From: a virus
Taxonomy: Duplodnaviria > Caudoviricetes
Strand: one strand, 5' to 3'
Virus record (IMG/VR): IMGVR_UViG_3300028592_000014
Coordinates: 1 to 54,406 of that record
Length of the DNA: 54,406 bases
A program made the position numbers and the translations under genes. Positions 36,575-46,850 of the stretch are shown here, piece by piece (position 1 is the stretch's first letter; the number at the start of each line of letters is the position of its first letter). The notes beneath the pieces are model-generated. The model saw nothing but the letters and a program-made list of their open reading frames with translations. It searched no databases and was not told the origin of the DNA.

Positions 36575-37009
36575 GTGACCGACATCATCAAACCAAAGCG
36601 TCCAACTGGCCCAGGCTGGTGTCAAGTTCCAATGCCTCCGCAGTTCAACAACATGGGCTTTCCAGCGGCGTTCTGGTTCCATGCCGCGAATCTGCTTTCC
36701 GTCATCAGCGCGGTCGAAGTGGCGAATGATGGCGACGGCATCGACAAAGGCCCTGAATACCACATCAGCATCAGTAAGTCAGGCGCAAATGGCACCGAGC
36801 GCTGCACAAGCGCAGACGTGCTTTGGGTGCTTGCCCAATTCGAACTCGACGGTGCCGAAGAAGATAACCACGTTCCGAACGGGAAGGTACGCAATTTCTG
36901 GCGTCCGGTAGCGGATCGCCTCGTCGGTCTGGAGTGCGCTTGCAAGGATCAAGAGCCTGTCATGCGTGAAGAAAAGGGCGATTTCGTATGGCGCGGCATT
37001 TCAAAGTGA
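36575..37009 (+). CDS. Hypothetical protein
   Basis: AGGAG SD, GTG start; EYHISIS, EEDNH. Confidence 0.7.
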   Translation: MTDIIKPKRPTGPGWCQVPMPPQFNNMGFPAAFWFHAANLLSVISAVEVANDGDGIDKGPEYHISISKSGANGTERCTSADVLWVLAQFELDGAEEDNHVPNGKVRNFWRPVADRLVGLECACKDQEPVMREEKGDFVWRGISK

Positions 37010-37021
37010 ACAGGGCAAACA

Positions 37022-38290
37022 ATGACTGACAAACTCAACCGCGAAGAACTGATTGAACTGGCGAAGAATTTCAAATTGCCATACCCCGGCGCTATCAACT
37101 CAAACCTAGATACCGGCAATGTCGAGTTGTCGCCAGCGCATTTCAGAAATTATCTTGAATCTTATGCTCGCAATGCGCTTGTGGTGTTCTGCAAGTCCCT
37201 CTCCGCCCGTCAAGAGCAGGCAGAGCCGGGATGGAATGAGGCGATTGAGACTATCGCAACTTCGTTCGTACATTCGTTCCGAGAAGATGACCGGCTAGAC
37301 CCTGCTTATATCGCTGAATGCATTCTTTCGCACAAGCGTCCATCACAACCTCAAGAGCCTATTAAAGCATCTGCGAATGATCTCCAGCGCATTGAAGCAG
37401 AGCTACGCGAACAAGCGCACGAATATCGGCAAGCCGATGCATCGGTAGGAATGTTTGCTGATCCAGAGACGGCAGACATGTTTGATGAGTTCGCGGATCG
37501 CATTAAAGCCCTCTTCATCGCACAGCCAGCGGCACTCAATAATCCGGTGGAAGTTGAGTTCGCGAAGAAGGAAGCTATTGCGAACATCATCAAACAGATT
37601 TCCGAACTTCCAGAAAAGACGGGGCCACTTGGCTGTCCTGGTGCAATGCTCGTCACCGCCAATGAGTTACGCGACATTCTTGAAGATGTTCTTGTGCCAG
37701 TTGCGCAGCCAGCGGCACCTGAAGAACAATCGCGCATTGTGGCGTACCTGGAAAGAACTATGCGTTGCGGCGTTCCGGCAGTTGAGGCGGCGGCACGTAT
37801 CTGCTATGCCTTCTATGAAGGCGCAGAGATTTCCGAGCCAGCGGCACAGACGGTAGTGCCGGAAGGGTTAATTCAGGTTTCTGTAGAACGCATACAAAAT
37901 GCTGCCGCACATGCAAAACTTGCAGCCGACTGCATCGTTGGCATGGCAAAAGCAAAGCCGGGGAATATGTGCGGTTGGCTGGACGATGCCTGTACAAGTG
38001 CAGATATAGCGCATGACGTTTTGCGCAAGCTACTCGCTGACGCCGCTCCACAGCCAGTAGCGACACAGGCTGGCGAATTACTAGGGTGGGCGATTGGCCG
38101 GTGGACGGACGAAGTGGCAAACAGGCCGCTTATCAACGTGCACCGGCGTACATTGGACAGCACATGGCGACAAGTCATCAAGTACGCAGGCGGCGATGAC
38201 GTCTTGCTTATAGGGCCTCGGCACGATGATCTAGTGGCATCTGCCGCCGATCCCCAAGCCGCGCAAGCCAACAAGGACCAAAGCAAATGA
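37022..38290 (+). CDS. Mosaic multi-module early protein
   Basis: 422-aa ORF of short modules joined by AQPAA-like linkers. Confidence 0.7.
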   Translation: MTDKLNREELIELAKNFKLPYPGAINSNLDTGNVELSPAHFRNYLESYARNALVVFCKSLSARQEQAEPGWNEAIETIATSFVHSFREDDRLDPAYIAECILSHKRPSQPQEPIKASANDLQRIEAELREQAHEYRQADASVGMFADPETADMFDEFADRIKALFIAQPAALNNPVEVEFAKKEAIANIIKQISELPEKTGPLGCPGAMLVTANELRDILEDVLVPVAQPAAPEEQSRIVAYLERTMRCGVPAVEAAARICYAFYEGAEISEPAAQTVVPEGLIQVSVERIQNAAAHAKLAADCIVGMAKAKPGNMCGWLDDACTSADIAHDVLRKLLADAAPQPVATQAGELLGWAIGRWTDEVANRPLINVHRRTLDSTWRQVIKYAGGDDVLLIGPRHDDLVASAADPQAAQANKDQSK

Positions 38291-41113
38291 GCCAAGACAC
38301 AAAATGCGCAACATGTCAGCACATAGGTGCCATGTACCACACGGACGGGCTCTATTTCAATCATCTCTGTCGCAAATCGAGGGAGCGCCGCGAGGAATCC
38401 ATGCCAAGGAACGCCGATTTCTTTGACCATTTTCGCGCATTCTTCGACGCAAGAGCAGATCAGCGTGCATGCAAGCATTACATTGAGCGGCCAATTGCCG
38501 ATGATAAGACGATTGCACTTCTGCAAGGCATGGCCGCAAAGAACGGGCACGGTGAGTTTGGATTCTTCAGTGACGAAAACAGGCTCGCCGAAAAGCTCGA
38601 CGACAAGTTTATTCGCTGCGATATGCATGCGATAAGAGCGGCCCCCGGTAATCGCGTTTTCTATTTGCTGCCACTGGGCGAAGCAGAGGTAAAGCGAGTT
38701 GATACTGCCGCGCAAGCCAAGGGAGGCGAGTAATGGGCAAATTACTAGCAAGCTTCTTGCGGCTACCCATCGATGCGCAAGAACGGATGTTCGATCGCCT
38801 GATTGCAGCGCAAGATCGAGTGAGTGAACTCGAACGCCAGCTAGCCGCAGCTCAGACAACAGCACAGCAGGTAGATGAATGTGGTTTCGTCGCTGTTCGC
38901 CGCGATGCCATCGAGTGGCTGAAAATGCACTATCCGGCCTTGTGTGAAAAATCTGGATTGTGCGAGCGAATCGGAGGGAGGCTTTACACAATAACTCGTC
39001 TCTCCGCCCTGCAAGCTGGGAAGGAGCGGAGATGATTCCGACAGCCGAACAAGCGACGGTCTATCGCGGTGGCGGGCGGCGCTGGCTTACGAAGCGCGCA
39101 GCCTGTCGAGCCGAAGCAAGGGCCAAATTACGAAAACGGTGCGAGTGTGAACGCGGCGATCACATAACGCCACCCGTCACATGCTGGCACCACGACGAGC
39201 GCAATTACCAGCGGCTAGTGCGAAGACTCACAAGAATATACGAGAAAGCAATGCAATCCGCAAAGGAAGGTAAGTCATGACCAGCCACACCGATAACGCA
39301 GCGCTCGACGCATACGACGCGGGGCATCTCAACGACTTCGGGGGCGGAAACGTCGAATGGTGGCAGGACTATATCCGCGCAGAACTCGGACGTGCTCATG
39401 AGTTCTATCAATCGCAGGTAGATTCCATGATCGTCTCTCCCGCACCAGCGGAAGCGCCAGAGCTGACGGATGAGCAGATCATCGACAAGATGGAACGGGC
39501 CGGATTCATTCATGTACATGTGCTTGATGCAGTGAATAAGCACTTTGTTGGAACTGTGACTGATGTCCGCGCCCTGCTTCGCCGTCAGCCATCCAAAGAG
39601 CAGCCGAAGCTAACACACGACGAAGCATTACAGGAGCTTGTCGATATAGCCCAAGAAAACGATATGGGTTATGGGACGCAGCCGGTAGCCGGACAACCTG
39701 CGCCGGTAGCAGCGGTATCGGCAGATGTGCTGAAAGATAAAGATCGGTTGGACTGGCTCATTGAGGCTGGATTCCAGGTGTGGGAAACCAGAGACCAATA
39801 TTTTATCCACAGAGCATTCGACCATTATCCAATTTCCGATGGATATATGACTGCTCGTGAAGCCATAGATGCTTTCATGTTAAAGATGCCGATGTCGCCG
39901 CCAACATCAAACCCAAGCGGCTGCCGCTCCCCTATCGTGGATGACTGGTGGAACTTCTGTGGCGAAACGGACATGGGGCAGACAGCGCCTGTTCTATGCA
40001 CTGCATGCGGCGGTACGTTCGCTCGGAAGCCTACCGAGAACAAGCCATGACCAAGATACTCACATTTCTGATCGGCGGCACATGGGTGTTCCTGCAAGTG
40101 ATTCGCGAGCGATCTATTCAGTTGTGGAAGTGGGTTAAGCGGAGGGTGAAGGGATGAGAAATGATGAAAGATTCGCTCTCACCATTGGAATTTTGTTCGG
40201 CGCGGTTTTGATGGTCTTGTTTTTCCACATAACGACACACAACGTCTCGAAAGTTAATTGGTCTTGCACGAAGGTTAGCCAGCCACAGAAATTAGGTGAA
40301 GCGGTTGACTGTTTGCAATATACGAAGGATTACGGCCATGAATGACACCCCAAAAGACAAAGCAAAGCGTCACGGCGTTCCGGTTATTCCGCGTAGAGCG
40401 GAGTCAACGAAGCAAGCGCCACGAGACCCAAACCCCGTTGTTGCTGTTTGCGGTGAATGCGGTTTGGAAATCCGGCAAACGATGGGCTATTACTGCCCAA
40501 AAGCCAACTGTCCGACCGGTTTGGGAGGTCAATGACCATGACTGACACATCAATAGAGGCGCTGCGAGAAGCGGCGATAGCACTGTACAAGCCGCCGTTC
40601 AGATTCGATAGCGGTTATATCTTCGACGCTGAAAATCAGATGGTGGCCGACCAACACGAAACCAGCATTTGCCGGGTGCGCGGGTGGGGCCGCATCGGTT
40701 ACATGGGAAACGCTGAGGCGCTACAGAACAAGGTAGGCGAGCTAATCGCGGAGGCATTGACGAATCTTTGGAATGCCGCCCCTGCTGTCAGTCAGCAAGA
40801 GCCAATCGGGTACATCACTGAGGACGATCTTGCAGACCTGAAGAAAAGCGGCGTTTCGACCATATACGAAAAAAAGCAGAAAAGAACGTTCGGATGCCAA
40901 TGGACGCATTACGGGCTTTATCTCGCCCCACTACAGGCAGCACAGCCGGGATATGTGATGGTGCCGGTTGAGCTAACTGACGAAATGATTGAGGCCGGCA
41001 TGGAGGCGGACTGCGCCGGTCGCCCCAGCGTGGACGATGACCGTCACGTGCGGTCGATCTGGACCGCCATGATCAAAGCCGCTCCCGGGCAAGTCGATGG
41101 GGGCAAGGGATGA
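38287..41113 (+). CDS. Run of coupled small hypothetical early genes: 38287..38733, 38733..39035, 39032..39280, 39277..40050, 40047..40157, 40154..40345, 40338..40535, 40532..41113
   Basis: Successive start/stop overlaps (mostly ATGA/TAATG), most with SD sequences. Confidence 0.65.
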
Positions 41114-41424
41114 AGCCGAAAATCTACTGCTTTTCAGATACGCCAGACGGCGGCGACGGGATTGCCATTGCAATGGCTGAGGATGGAACAATCCTTGGCT
41201 CTCACTTGTGCAGCCACGAAGGTTACGTGCCTCATGATCTAGGAGTAACCCCGGGCTCTCGACCAGATCGCCACGAGACCTATGCGGAGCACTATCCAGA
41301 CGGCTACGAAATGGAGTTTGTGCCAGCCGATGAAGTGGATTCGCACGACGGATTGAAGCTTGCATTCGAGCGCAACAAAGCCGCCGCACCCTCCCAATCA
41401 GATAGCGGGGGCAATCATGGATGA
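41110..41424 (+). CDS. Hypothetical phage protein (gene shared by both phages)
   Basis: Full-length copy of the ORF truncated at the window start. Confidence 0.8.
   Translation: MKPKIYCFSDTPDGGDGIAIAMAEDGTILGSHLCSHEGYVPHDLGVTPGSRPDRHETYAEHYPDGYEMEFVPADEVDSHDGLKLAFERNKAAAPSQSDSGGNHG
41189..41419 (+). repeat. Direct repeat copy 2 (partner 1..231)
   Basis: 224/231 identity by manual alignment. Confidence 0.97.
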
Positions 41425-41761
41425 TCATGAAATGCTGATGTGGGCGGCAAAGGCAGTGGGATACGACACTTCACACCATTGGAATGTGTCGCGCATGGAC
41501 CTCGATCCGCCCATTATTGATCTTTGCATTCCCGGCGTATCGACTGCCTGGAATCCACTCATACACGAAGGTGAACGCTACCGTTTAGCGCGGGACTTGC
41601 GCATGAGTATCGATTTCGATGATTGCTACGTGTGTAAGAGGTTTCCTGACCATACCCTGATTCAAGAGTTCTGGGGCGGTGAATGCGGCGATGAGGCGCA
41701 TGCTGTTCTTCGCGTCGCCGCTGAAATCGGTCGCAGGATGGATAGCGGGAGCAAGGGATGA
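41417..41761 (+). CDS. Hypothetical phage protein
   Basis: L..AAKAVG, WNPL, RVAAEIG motifs. Confidence 0.7.
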   Translation: MDDHEMLMWAAKAVGYDTSHHWNVSRMDLDPPIIDLCIPGVSTAWNPLIHEGERYRLARDLRMSIDFDDCYVCKRFPDHTLIQEFWGGECGDEAHAVLRVAAEIGRRMDSGSKG

Positions 41762-41772
41762 CCAATAAGCCC

Positions 41773-41985
41773 CTATCTGGCCTTAGCCATATGATCCTCA
41801 TCGATTCGGCGAAGATCGGCCCTCGCCTCCTCTTCCGACGGGAATGCCTGATCGCTTGTCACAGGAATGGAAAAGAAGCCGTTGGTGTCTATCCACTTCA
41901 ATATCCAGCGCCAGCCATCCTTGCATTTGATGTAATCCTCAGTGTGCTTGAGGACCAAGGGAGCGCGAAAATTTTCAACAATCAT
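41773..41985 (-). CDS. 70-aa hypothetical protein on the opposite strand
   Basis: GGAGA SD; GWRW...F.SEEEA. Confidence 0.55.
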   Translation of the reverse strand: MIVENFRAPLVLKHTEDYIKCKDGWRWILKWIDTNGFFSIPVTSDQAFPSEEEARADLRRIDEDHMAKAR

Positions 41986-42039
41986 TGTTTTTCTCCAAAA
42001 AGCAAAAATCATCGTAACACGACCGCAAGGGACAAATAA

Positions 42040-42390
42040 ATGAGCGCAGACACTTCGAAGATGGACGTCGGCATGCAGTGGATTCAGGCCAGACGGGCAG
42101 AAGGCTGGACCATGAGCCAAATTGCCGAAGAACTTGGTGTGCCATTGGGAGTGCTTAACCGATGCCGAATGCACGGCGAGACCCCCGACAGAATTCAAAA
42201 CATTGTGTACAAGATGAGAGAACGGCAAGCACAAGTTCCGCCAAAGACCAAGCAACGACATATCACGCTGGGCTGGATAAAGAGCAAAGCGGTTCGCACG
42301 GTCTCTGCCTTAGCAATTAAAGCTGCCATCGGCACCGTGATTACTTTTCTGATGGCCCATGTTTGGCAAAGGCTTGTCGGCGGAAAATAA
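42040..42390 (+). CDS. HTH protein with C-terminal hydrophobic segment
   Basis: GWTMSQIAEELGV. Confidence 0.6.
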   Translation: MSADTSKMDVGMQWIQARRAEGWTMSQIAEELGVPLGVLNRCRMHGETPDRIQNIVYKMRERQAQVPPKTKQRHITLGWIKSKAVRTVSALAIKAAIGTVITFLMAHVWQRLVGGK

Positions 42391-42432
42391 TGAACAATGC
42401 TAACGACTCGAAGTAATGGAAGAGTAGGAGTG

Positions 42433-42780
42433 ATGATGCTAACCGCCGAACAAGCAGCGAAGGAACTGGGAATCAGCAAACGCATGATGTACGGACTCGC
42501 AGCGCCGCATGGCCCGGTTCCATGTGTTCGGTACGGTCCAAAGTGTGTTCGTTTCAGAGAGGAAGACGTCGAGGCATATAAAGAATCATGTCAACATACT
42601 ACGATAAGGATAGAAAGCGTTGGATCTTCGACTTTGACAAGGTCATTAAAGGACACCGGGTCAGAGCTACGAAGACTCTTCCAGAAGGCTGGAATCGAGC
42701 CAAAGCAGAAGCCTACGCAAAAGCCGAAACAGACCGCCTCTACGCCATTGCCACCGGCGCGGCTGAAGAACGTGTCCTGA
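42433..42780 (+). CDS. xis: Excisionase (MerR-like HTH), overlapping int
   Basis: LTAEQAAKELGIS..MMY, VRF...DV..Y; AGGAG SD. Confidence 0.85.
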   Translation: MMLTAEQAAKELGISKRMMYGLAAPHGPVPCVRYGPKCVRFREEDVEAYKESCQHTTIRIESVGSSTLTRSLKDTGSELRRLFQKAGIEPKQKPTQKPKQTASTPLPPARLKNVS

Positions 42781-43637
42781 TCAGCACCGCTGTGGCGCTA
42801 TACATCAAGGAAGTTTGTCCGCGCCTAAAGAACGGGGACGGGGTTATTGCTGAATTGGCCCGCATCCATTGGGCATATGACGGCAGGTTCATGGATGAAC
42901 TGGCGGAAGTTGCGAAGGAGTACAAGGATGGTGCTGTGCGCGAATTGAAAGACGAAAATGGCAACATGAAGGCTGTCCCGCTTTCCCCGGCCAGCATCAG
43001 GAACAAGCTGTCTTACCTACGCGCCGCCTGCCGGTACGCCCAGAAGGAACACCGGCTCGCAAAAACTGCGGACCTAAATGTTTCCATGCCAATTGTCAAA
43101 AATGAGCGTCATCATTACGCCAGTCGGAAGGAAATGCTTCAGATTGCCCGGGCGATGACGAATCGCCGCGCACGCGCCGCACTTCGAGTCGCTTTCTACT
43201 CCGGGATGAGGCTGGGCGAGATTGTTGCAGTCAAGGTTGTTGACGATGCGTTTCTACTGGAAGACACGAAGAATGGGGAGCGACGGATGGTTCCGATCCA
43301 TCCTCGCATAAGGGTTTGCCTGCGATATTTCCCACTTGCAATTCCTAAGATCACCGTACAGCGCCAGTTCAGCAATAAATCGCGGGCGCTTGGGCTGGGG
43401 CATTATCATTTCCATGACATGCGCCATAGCGCGGCCAGTCACATGATTAATGGTGGCGTTGACCTGTACACTGTGGGGGGCGTTTTGGGGCATAAGGATT
43501 CGCGCAGTACAGCGCGTTACAGCCACCTTGCTATTGAATCGCTGGCGGCAGCCGTGGCAAAAATCGGAACGGCTGGCAAAAAATCCCCAGCACCAAAAGA
43601 AAAGGCCGCAGAAGAGCGGCCTTTGAAAGACATCTAA
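42588..43637 (+). CDS. int: Tyrosine integrase
   Basis: SGMRLGE, TKNG, FHDMRHS, LGH, RYSH. Confidence 0.96.
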   Translation: MSTYYDKDRKRWIFDFDKVIKGHRVRATKTLPEGWNRAKAEAYAKAETDRLYAIATGAAEERVLISTAVALYIKEVCPRLKNGDGVIAELARIHWAYDGRFMDELAEVAKEYKDGAVRELKDENGNMKAVPLSPASIRNKLSYLRAACRYAQKEHRLAKTADLNVSMPIVKNERHHYASRKEMLQIARAMTNRRARAALRVAFYSGMRLGEIVAVKVVDDAFLLEDTKNGERRMVPIHPRIRVCLRYFPLAIPKITVQRQFSNKSRALGLGHYHFHDMRHSAASHMINGGVDLYTVGGVLGHKDSRSTARYSHLAIESLAAAVAKIGTAGKKSPAPKEKAAEERPLKDI

Positions 43638-43650
43638 GTGCTTGTATACT

Positions 43651-43711
43651 TGGCGGAAAGGGAGGGATTCGAACCCTCGATACGCATAAACGTATACTGG
43701 ATTTCGAGTCC
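43651..43711 (-). other. attP core: 3' half of tRNA-Ser(CGA), not a complete tRNA
   Basis: GGA-CTCGAAA-TCCAG anticodon arm, long variable arm, GGTTCGAATCC, CCA end; 5' half absent. Confidence 0.9.
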
Positions 43712-43759
43712 GATTCGCTCCCGACGCATAGCCCGCAAACCCGCATGGATAAAGGACTA

Positions 43760-43775
43760 CTGGTTGCGCATACAG
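43760..43775. promoter_or_regulatory. LexA (SOS) box
   Basis: CTGTATGCGCAACCAG on the minus strand fits CTG-N10-CAG with the CTGTAT half-site. Confidence 0.7.
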
Positions 43776-43942
43776 TGCATGCAATTACCCAAAAAACGTA
43801 TCGCGTGGCAAAAAATCCCCAGCACCATATCGAGCAATTTTATAGATAAGAGTAATGATATAAAACATGCAAAACAAATCGCCACGCCCTTCTGCGCGGG
43901 TGGCAATCACTTAGCTGTTTTGATCCATGAAAAGGGAGTGTT

Positions 43943-45510
43943 ATGGAAACTGAAAACAACGCACCGCTTCCAGCATACGAAGCCAAGTTCCAGCGCGAAA
44001 TCACAGAACTTGTCATGCGCCACATTGACCGCATGGAGGACGTGTGCGAACAGGATACAGCTGATCGAATCATCGAAAGCTTCACGCGTCAATTCCACCC
44101 AATCTTCCAGGCTTACTTGGATGAGAAATTTCCCGAACGCCAGCAAGTCAGCCACACGCAAAGCCCAGAAAGACCATTCGAGCCACGGAGGATAAGATCA
44201 CGCAGACGAAGCAACCCAATTCCGCCTAACGGCGCTATCGGTATGGATTGAAGAAAGAATTGTATGAACACACAAGACGAAATCAATGCTCATTGCATCA
44301 GGACCGAACCATACAAAGGCTACAAATCGACATGGTGCGGCGATGGGGCGATTATTTTCCGCGGGCCAAACGGAGACGAAATATCCGGTCATTCTGGCCT
44401 TCGAACCGGCTGGCTTGAGCCCGCGTGGCTTTCAGCCAAAGCGAAAATTGATGCCGCCCAATCCGCCAATACCTGAAAGGAAGAGATGAACAAGCCTATC
44501 CCAATAAAGGAAGCCATGGAACAGTATCCAGAGGTACGCGAAATGATGGATAAGCTGGATCGCGGGGAAATCAACCTGTGCGCCTGCATGGGGCCGATGT
44601 ACGGTGAGCCGCATTGTTATTGCTCGATGGTCCGGCTTGGCTTGCCACTGTCGCCGGAAAGGGAAAAGGCCAATGCTGAGGCAAACGAGCGCCTGAAGGC
44701 ACTGTTCGAGCCGGGCGGCCCGTTCTGGAAAGAGTCGGGATGAACACCGCCGACGTATCCACCTACCTATCGTCCCTATCGGATGACGATCTGATAGATG
44801 CGGTACATGTGGCTGAAATCGATCTTGTCCGCGCCGGAGTCGATGAGCCGAATTCGGAATGGCATGGGGCTTGTTTCACTGGCTATCTACTATATAGCAT
44901 GGAGCTTCAAAGACGCGGAATACACACTGTTTGCATGAGGGATGGGCATGGACAAGTGCATTGAAACTAGCAGGCTAGACCAGCCACCACCCGCTCCAAA
45001 CGATAAGCCTGCCGTATGGGACTTGGTAATGGAAGACATGCGAGAGCGCGATCAAGTTGGGCGGGCTAGATATGGAACGCCGCTTCAACCGCATAACGGG
45101 CGCGATGCTCTGGTTGATGCATACCAAGAGGTGCTTGATACGGCGGTATATCTGCGACAAGCTATTTTTGAACGGGATGGGAGGTAGTTATGGATAAGTG
45201 CATGGAAGCGTTCGAGGTGTGGGTGCAAAACACCATTCATCCAGAGGGTGGATATAGGCTGGACAAGATAGCATCTGGCACATACATCGATCCCGAAACA
45301 AGATGCGCCTATCGAGGCTTTCGGGCAGGACGTGCCGCAGCACTGGAAGAGGCGGCAAAGGCGTGCGATGAAATGCAGGAGCACTATTCTGCATATAGGG
45401 ACACGGCGCTTTTAAATGGCGATATTGCTCTGAGCAACGCGGCATCCGGCGAACCTCGCGCAGCCGAGTTCATCGCCACCACCCTCCGCCAACTAAAGGA
45501 CCAGCAATGA
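43943..45510 (+). CDS. Small hypothetical genes: 43943..44251, 44264..44476, 44486..44743, 44740..44964, 44942..45187 (possible all-alpha NTP-PPase-like), 45190..45510
   Basis: Tightly packed co-directional ORFs. Confidence 0.6.
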
Positions 45511-45935
45511 ATCAGATGCAGCAGGCCTTCAGGAAAGTGAACGTGAAGCAGCGCCTTGAATGCCCATATTGCCGACGCAATGCCGCTCAAGTGACAGGCA
45601 AGGAAATTTATCCGCATCGGCCTGATCTGTATGCAAAAACGTTTTACCAGTGCAAACCATGCGACGCATATGTTGGATGCCATCCGAACACGACAAATCC
45701 TCTAGGAAGGCTGGCAAATGCCGAACTACGCACAGCGAAAAAACTAGCACACGCTGTCTTCGATCCGATCTGGAGGGGCGGTCACAAGAAGCGCGGATCG
45801 GCATACGCATGGCTGAGTGATCAACTTGGCATCGACAAGAAAGACTGCCATATCGGAATGTTCGATGTTGATATGTGTAAAAGAGTTGTTGGAGTGTGTT
45901 TGCAGTTTTCCCCGATGCTTAAAGATAGGGAATGA
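45507..45935 (+). CDS. DUF3268-like zinc-finger protein
   Basis: CPYC, C..CDAYVGCH, PLG.LA, AH..FD.IW, CHIGMF. Confidence 0.85.
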   Translation: MNQMQQAFRKVNVKQRLECPYCRRNAAQVTGKEIYPHRPDLYAKTFYQCKPCDAYVGCHPNTTNPLGRLANAELRTAKKLAHAVFDPIWRGGHKKRGSAYAWLSDQLGIDKKDCHIGMFDVDMCKRVVGVCLQFSPMLKDRE

Positions 45936-46195
45936 TATTTATGAGTGCAACGATAACACCATGCCCATTCTGCGGCGGAAGTGAGCTTGTTTCCGGCGTC
46001 ACGCTAACTTACTGCGGAGATGGGGAAGGCGGCGGCAAACGATATTCACAGCCATCATGCAAATCGTGCGGCGCTGTTGGCCCCCATGCCTATTTTGACG
46101 GGGATGAAATTGATGAAGATGATGCCGAGCGAATTGCTATCGATGCTTGGAACAATCGCTCCGCAGCCGCTATTGGAAGGAGCAAGGAAGAATGA
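45932..46195 (+). CDS. Lar-like restriction alleviation protein
   Basis: PCPFCG, C..CGA.GP, AI.AWN.R. Confidence 0.8.
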   Translation: MIFMSATITPCPFCGGSELVSGVTLTYCGDGEGGGKRYSQPSCKSCGAVGPHAYFDGDEIDEDDAERIAIDAWNNRSAAAIGRSKEE

Positions 46196-46512
46196 TTGAT
46201 TGCAAACTTACAGACGCCGAGATAAACCACCTTCGCAGGCTCCTTGCTTATGTGCGTTGCGACATAGGGCAAAGTCCAGAGGAAATGAAAGAAACCATCC
46301 GATCCATTGCGCCAGCCGTAGAGAACGCCTCAGATGAAGGTAAGGAGCGTCTCGTGGCTGCGTACAAGAAGGCGGAATCGGTTCCCAAGTACGTCCGCGC
46401 TGCGGTCAAGGCGCTGGAGAAAACCATCGTTCGCCACCATGGGGAAATTGTCGATGCCGATGCAAACCGCGTTGTACAAGAGATTCCTTACCAAGCCACG
46501 GAGAAACCATGA
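46192..46512 (+). CDS. Hypothetical protein
   Basis: ATGA coupling. Confidence 0.6.
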   Translation: MIDCKLTDAEINHLRRLLAYVRCDIGQSPEEMKETIRSIAPAVENASDEGKERLVAAYKKAESVPKYVRAAVKALEKTIVRHHGEIVDADANRVVQEIPYQATEKP

Positions 46513-46850
46513 ACCTCGACCTTGAAGATCTGAAGAGGAAGGCGGAAGCGGCAACGCCGGGCGAGCGGGAATACGGCGTCCGCAATGATGGATCGATATG
46601 GCTTTCCATCGGCTCCCCGCTGAAAGGGCCGCACTATCAGGGTGACATTGTAGCGACCGCTGCTGACGCTGACTTGATATGCGCCGCCTCCCCCTCCGTC
46701 GTCCTCGAACTGATCGCCAAAATCGAACGACTGCAAGTCCGCGTTGAAGAAAGCTATCAGGCAAAGAAAGAATGGCAATCCCGCGCCAATGACATGTTCG
46801 GAGAAATTAAGCAGTTACACGCCCGTATTGCTGAATTGGAGAAGGAATGA
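46509..46850 (+). CDS. Ead/Ea22-like protein
   Basis: LK..AEAATPG, DA..I.AA.P..VL.LI..IERL. Confidence 0.8.
   Translation: MNLDLEDLKRKAEAATPGEREYGVRNDGSIWLSIGSPLKGPHYQGDIVATAADADLICAASPSVVLELIAKIERLQVRVEESYQAKKEWQSRANDMFGEIKQLHARIAELEKE

Larger units (their letters stand above)
1..41419. mobile_element. Phage X: apparently complete temperate podovirus-type genome (unit length 41,188 bp) in attP (non-integrated) configuration
   Basis: Full module set (integration, lysis, ejection proteins, short tail, head, packaging, replication, immunity, recombination), no tape measure, bounded by the 231-bp direct repeat. Confidence 0.85.
43574..43827 (+). repeat. attP arm-type 22-bp direct repeats at 43574..43595 and 43806..43827
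   Basis: Identical TGGCAAAAAATCCCCAGCACCA on both sides of the core. Confidence 0.85.

Noticed and set aside
1-41419. 231-bp repeat as a virion direct terminal repeat
   Set aside because: The copies differ at 7 positions, lie within an early gene far from the terminase, and are followed by different genes.
41758-42039. Plus-strand 93-aa ORF
   Set aside because: It overlaps a minus-strand ORF with a clearer SD and more protein-like sequence; not fully excluded because its ATG is coupled to the previous stop.
1883-43711. One prophage using the tyrosine integrase, in a three-prophage tandem array
   Set aside because: Both att sites retain both phage arms, and the right arm of the serine attP runs into the podovirus lysis region, tying that integrase to phage X.
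43651-43740. Complete tRNA-Ser gene
   Set aside because: The 5' acceptor strand and D-arm are missing; similarity stops in the anticodon stem, so it is an att core.
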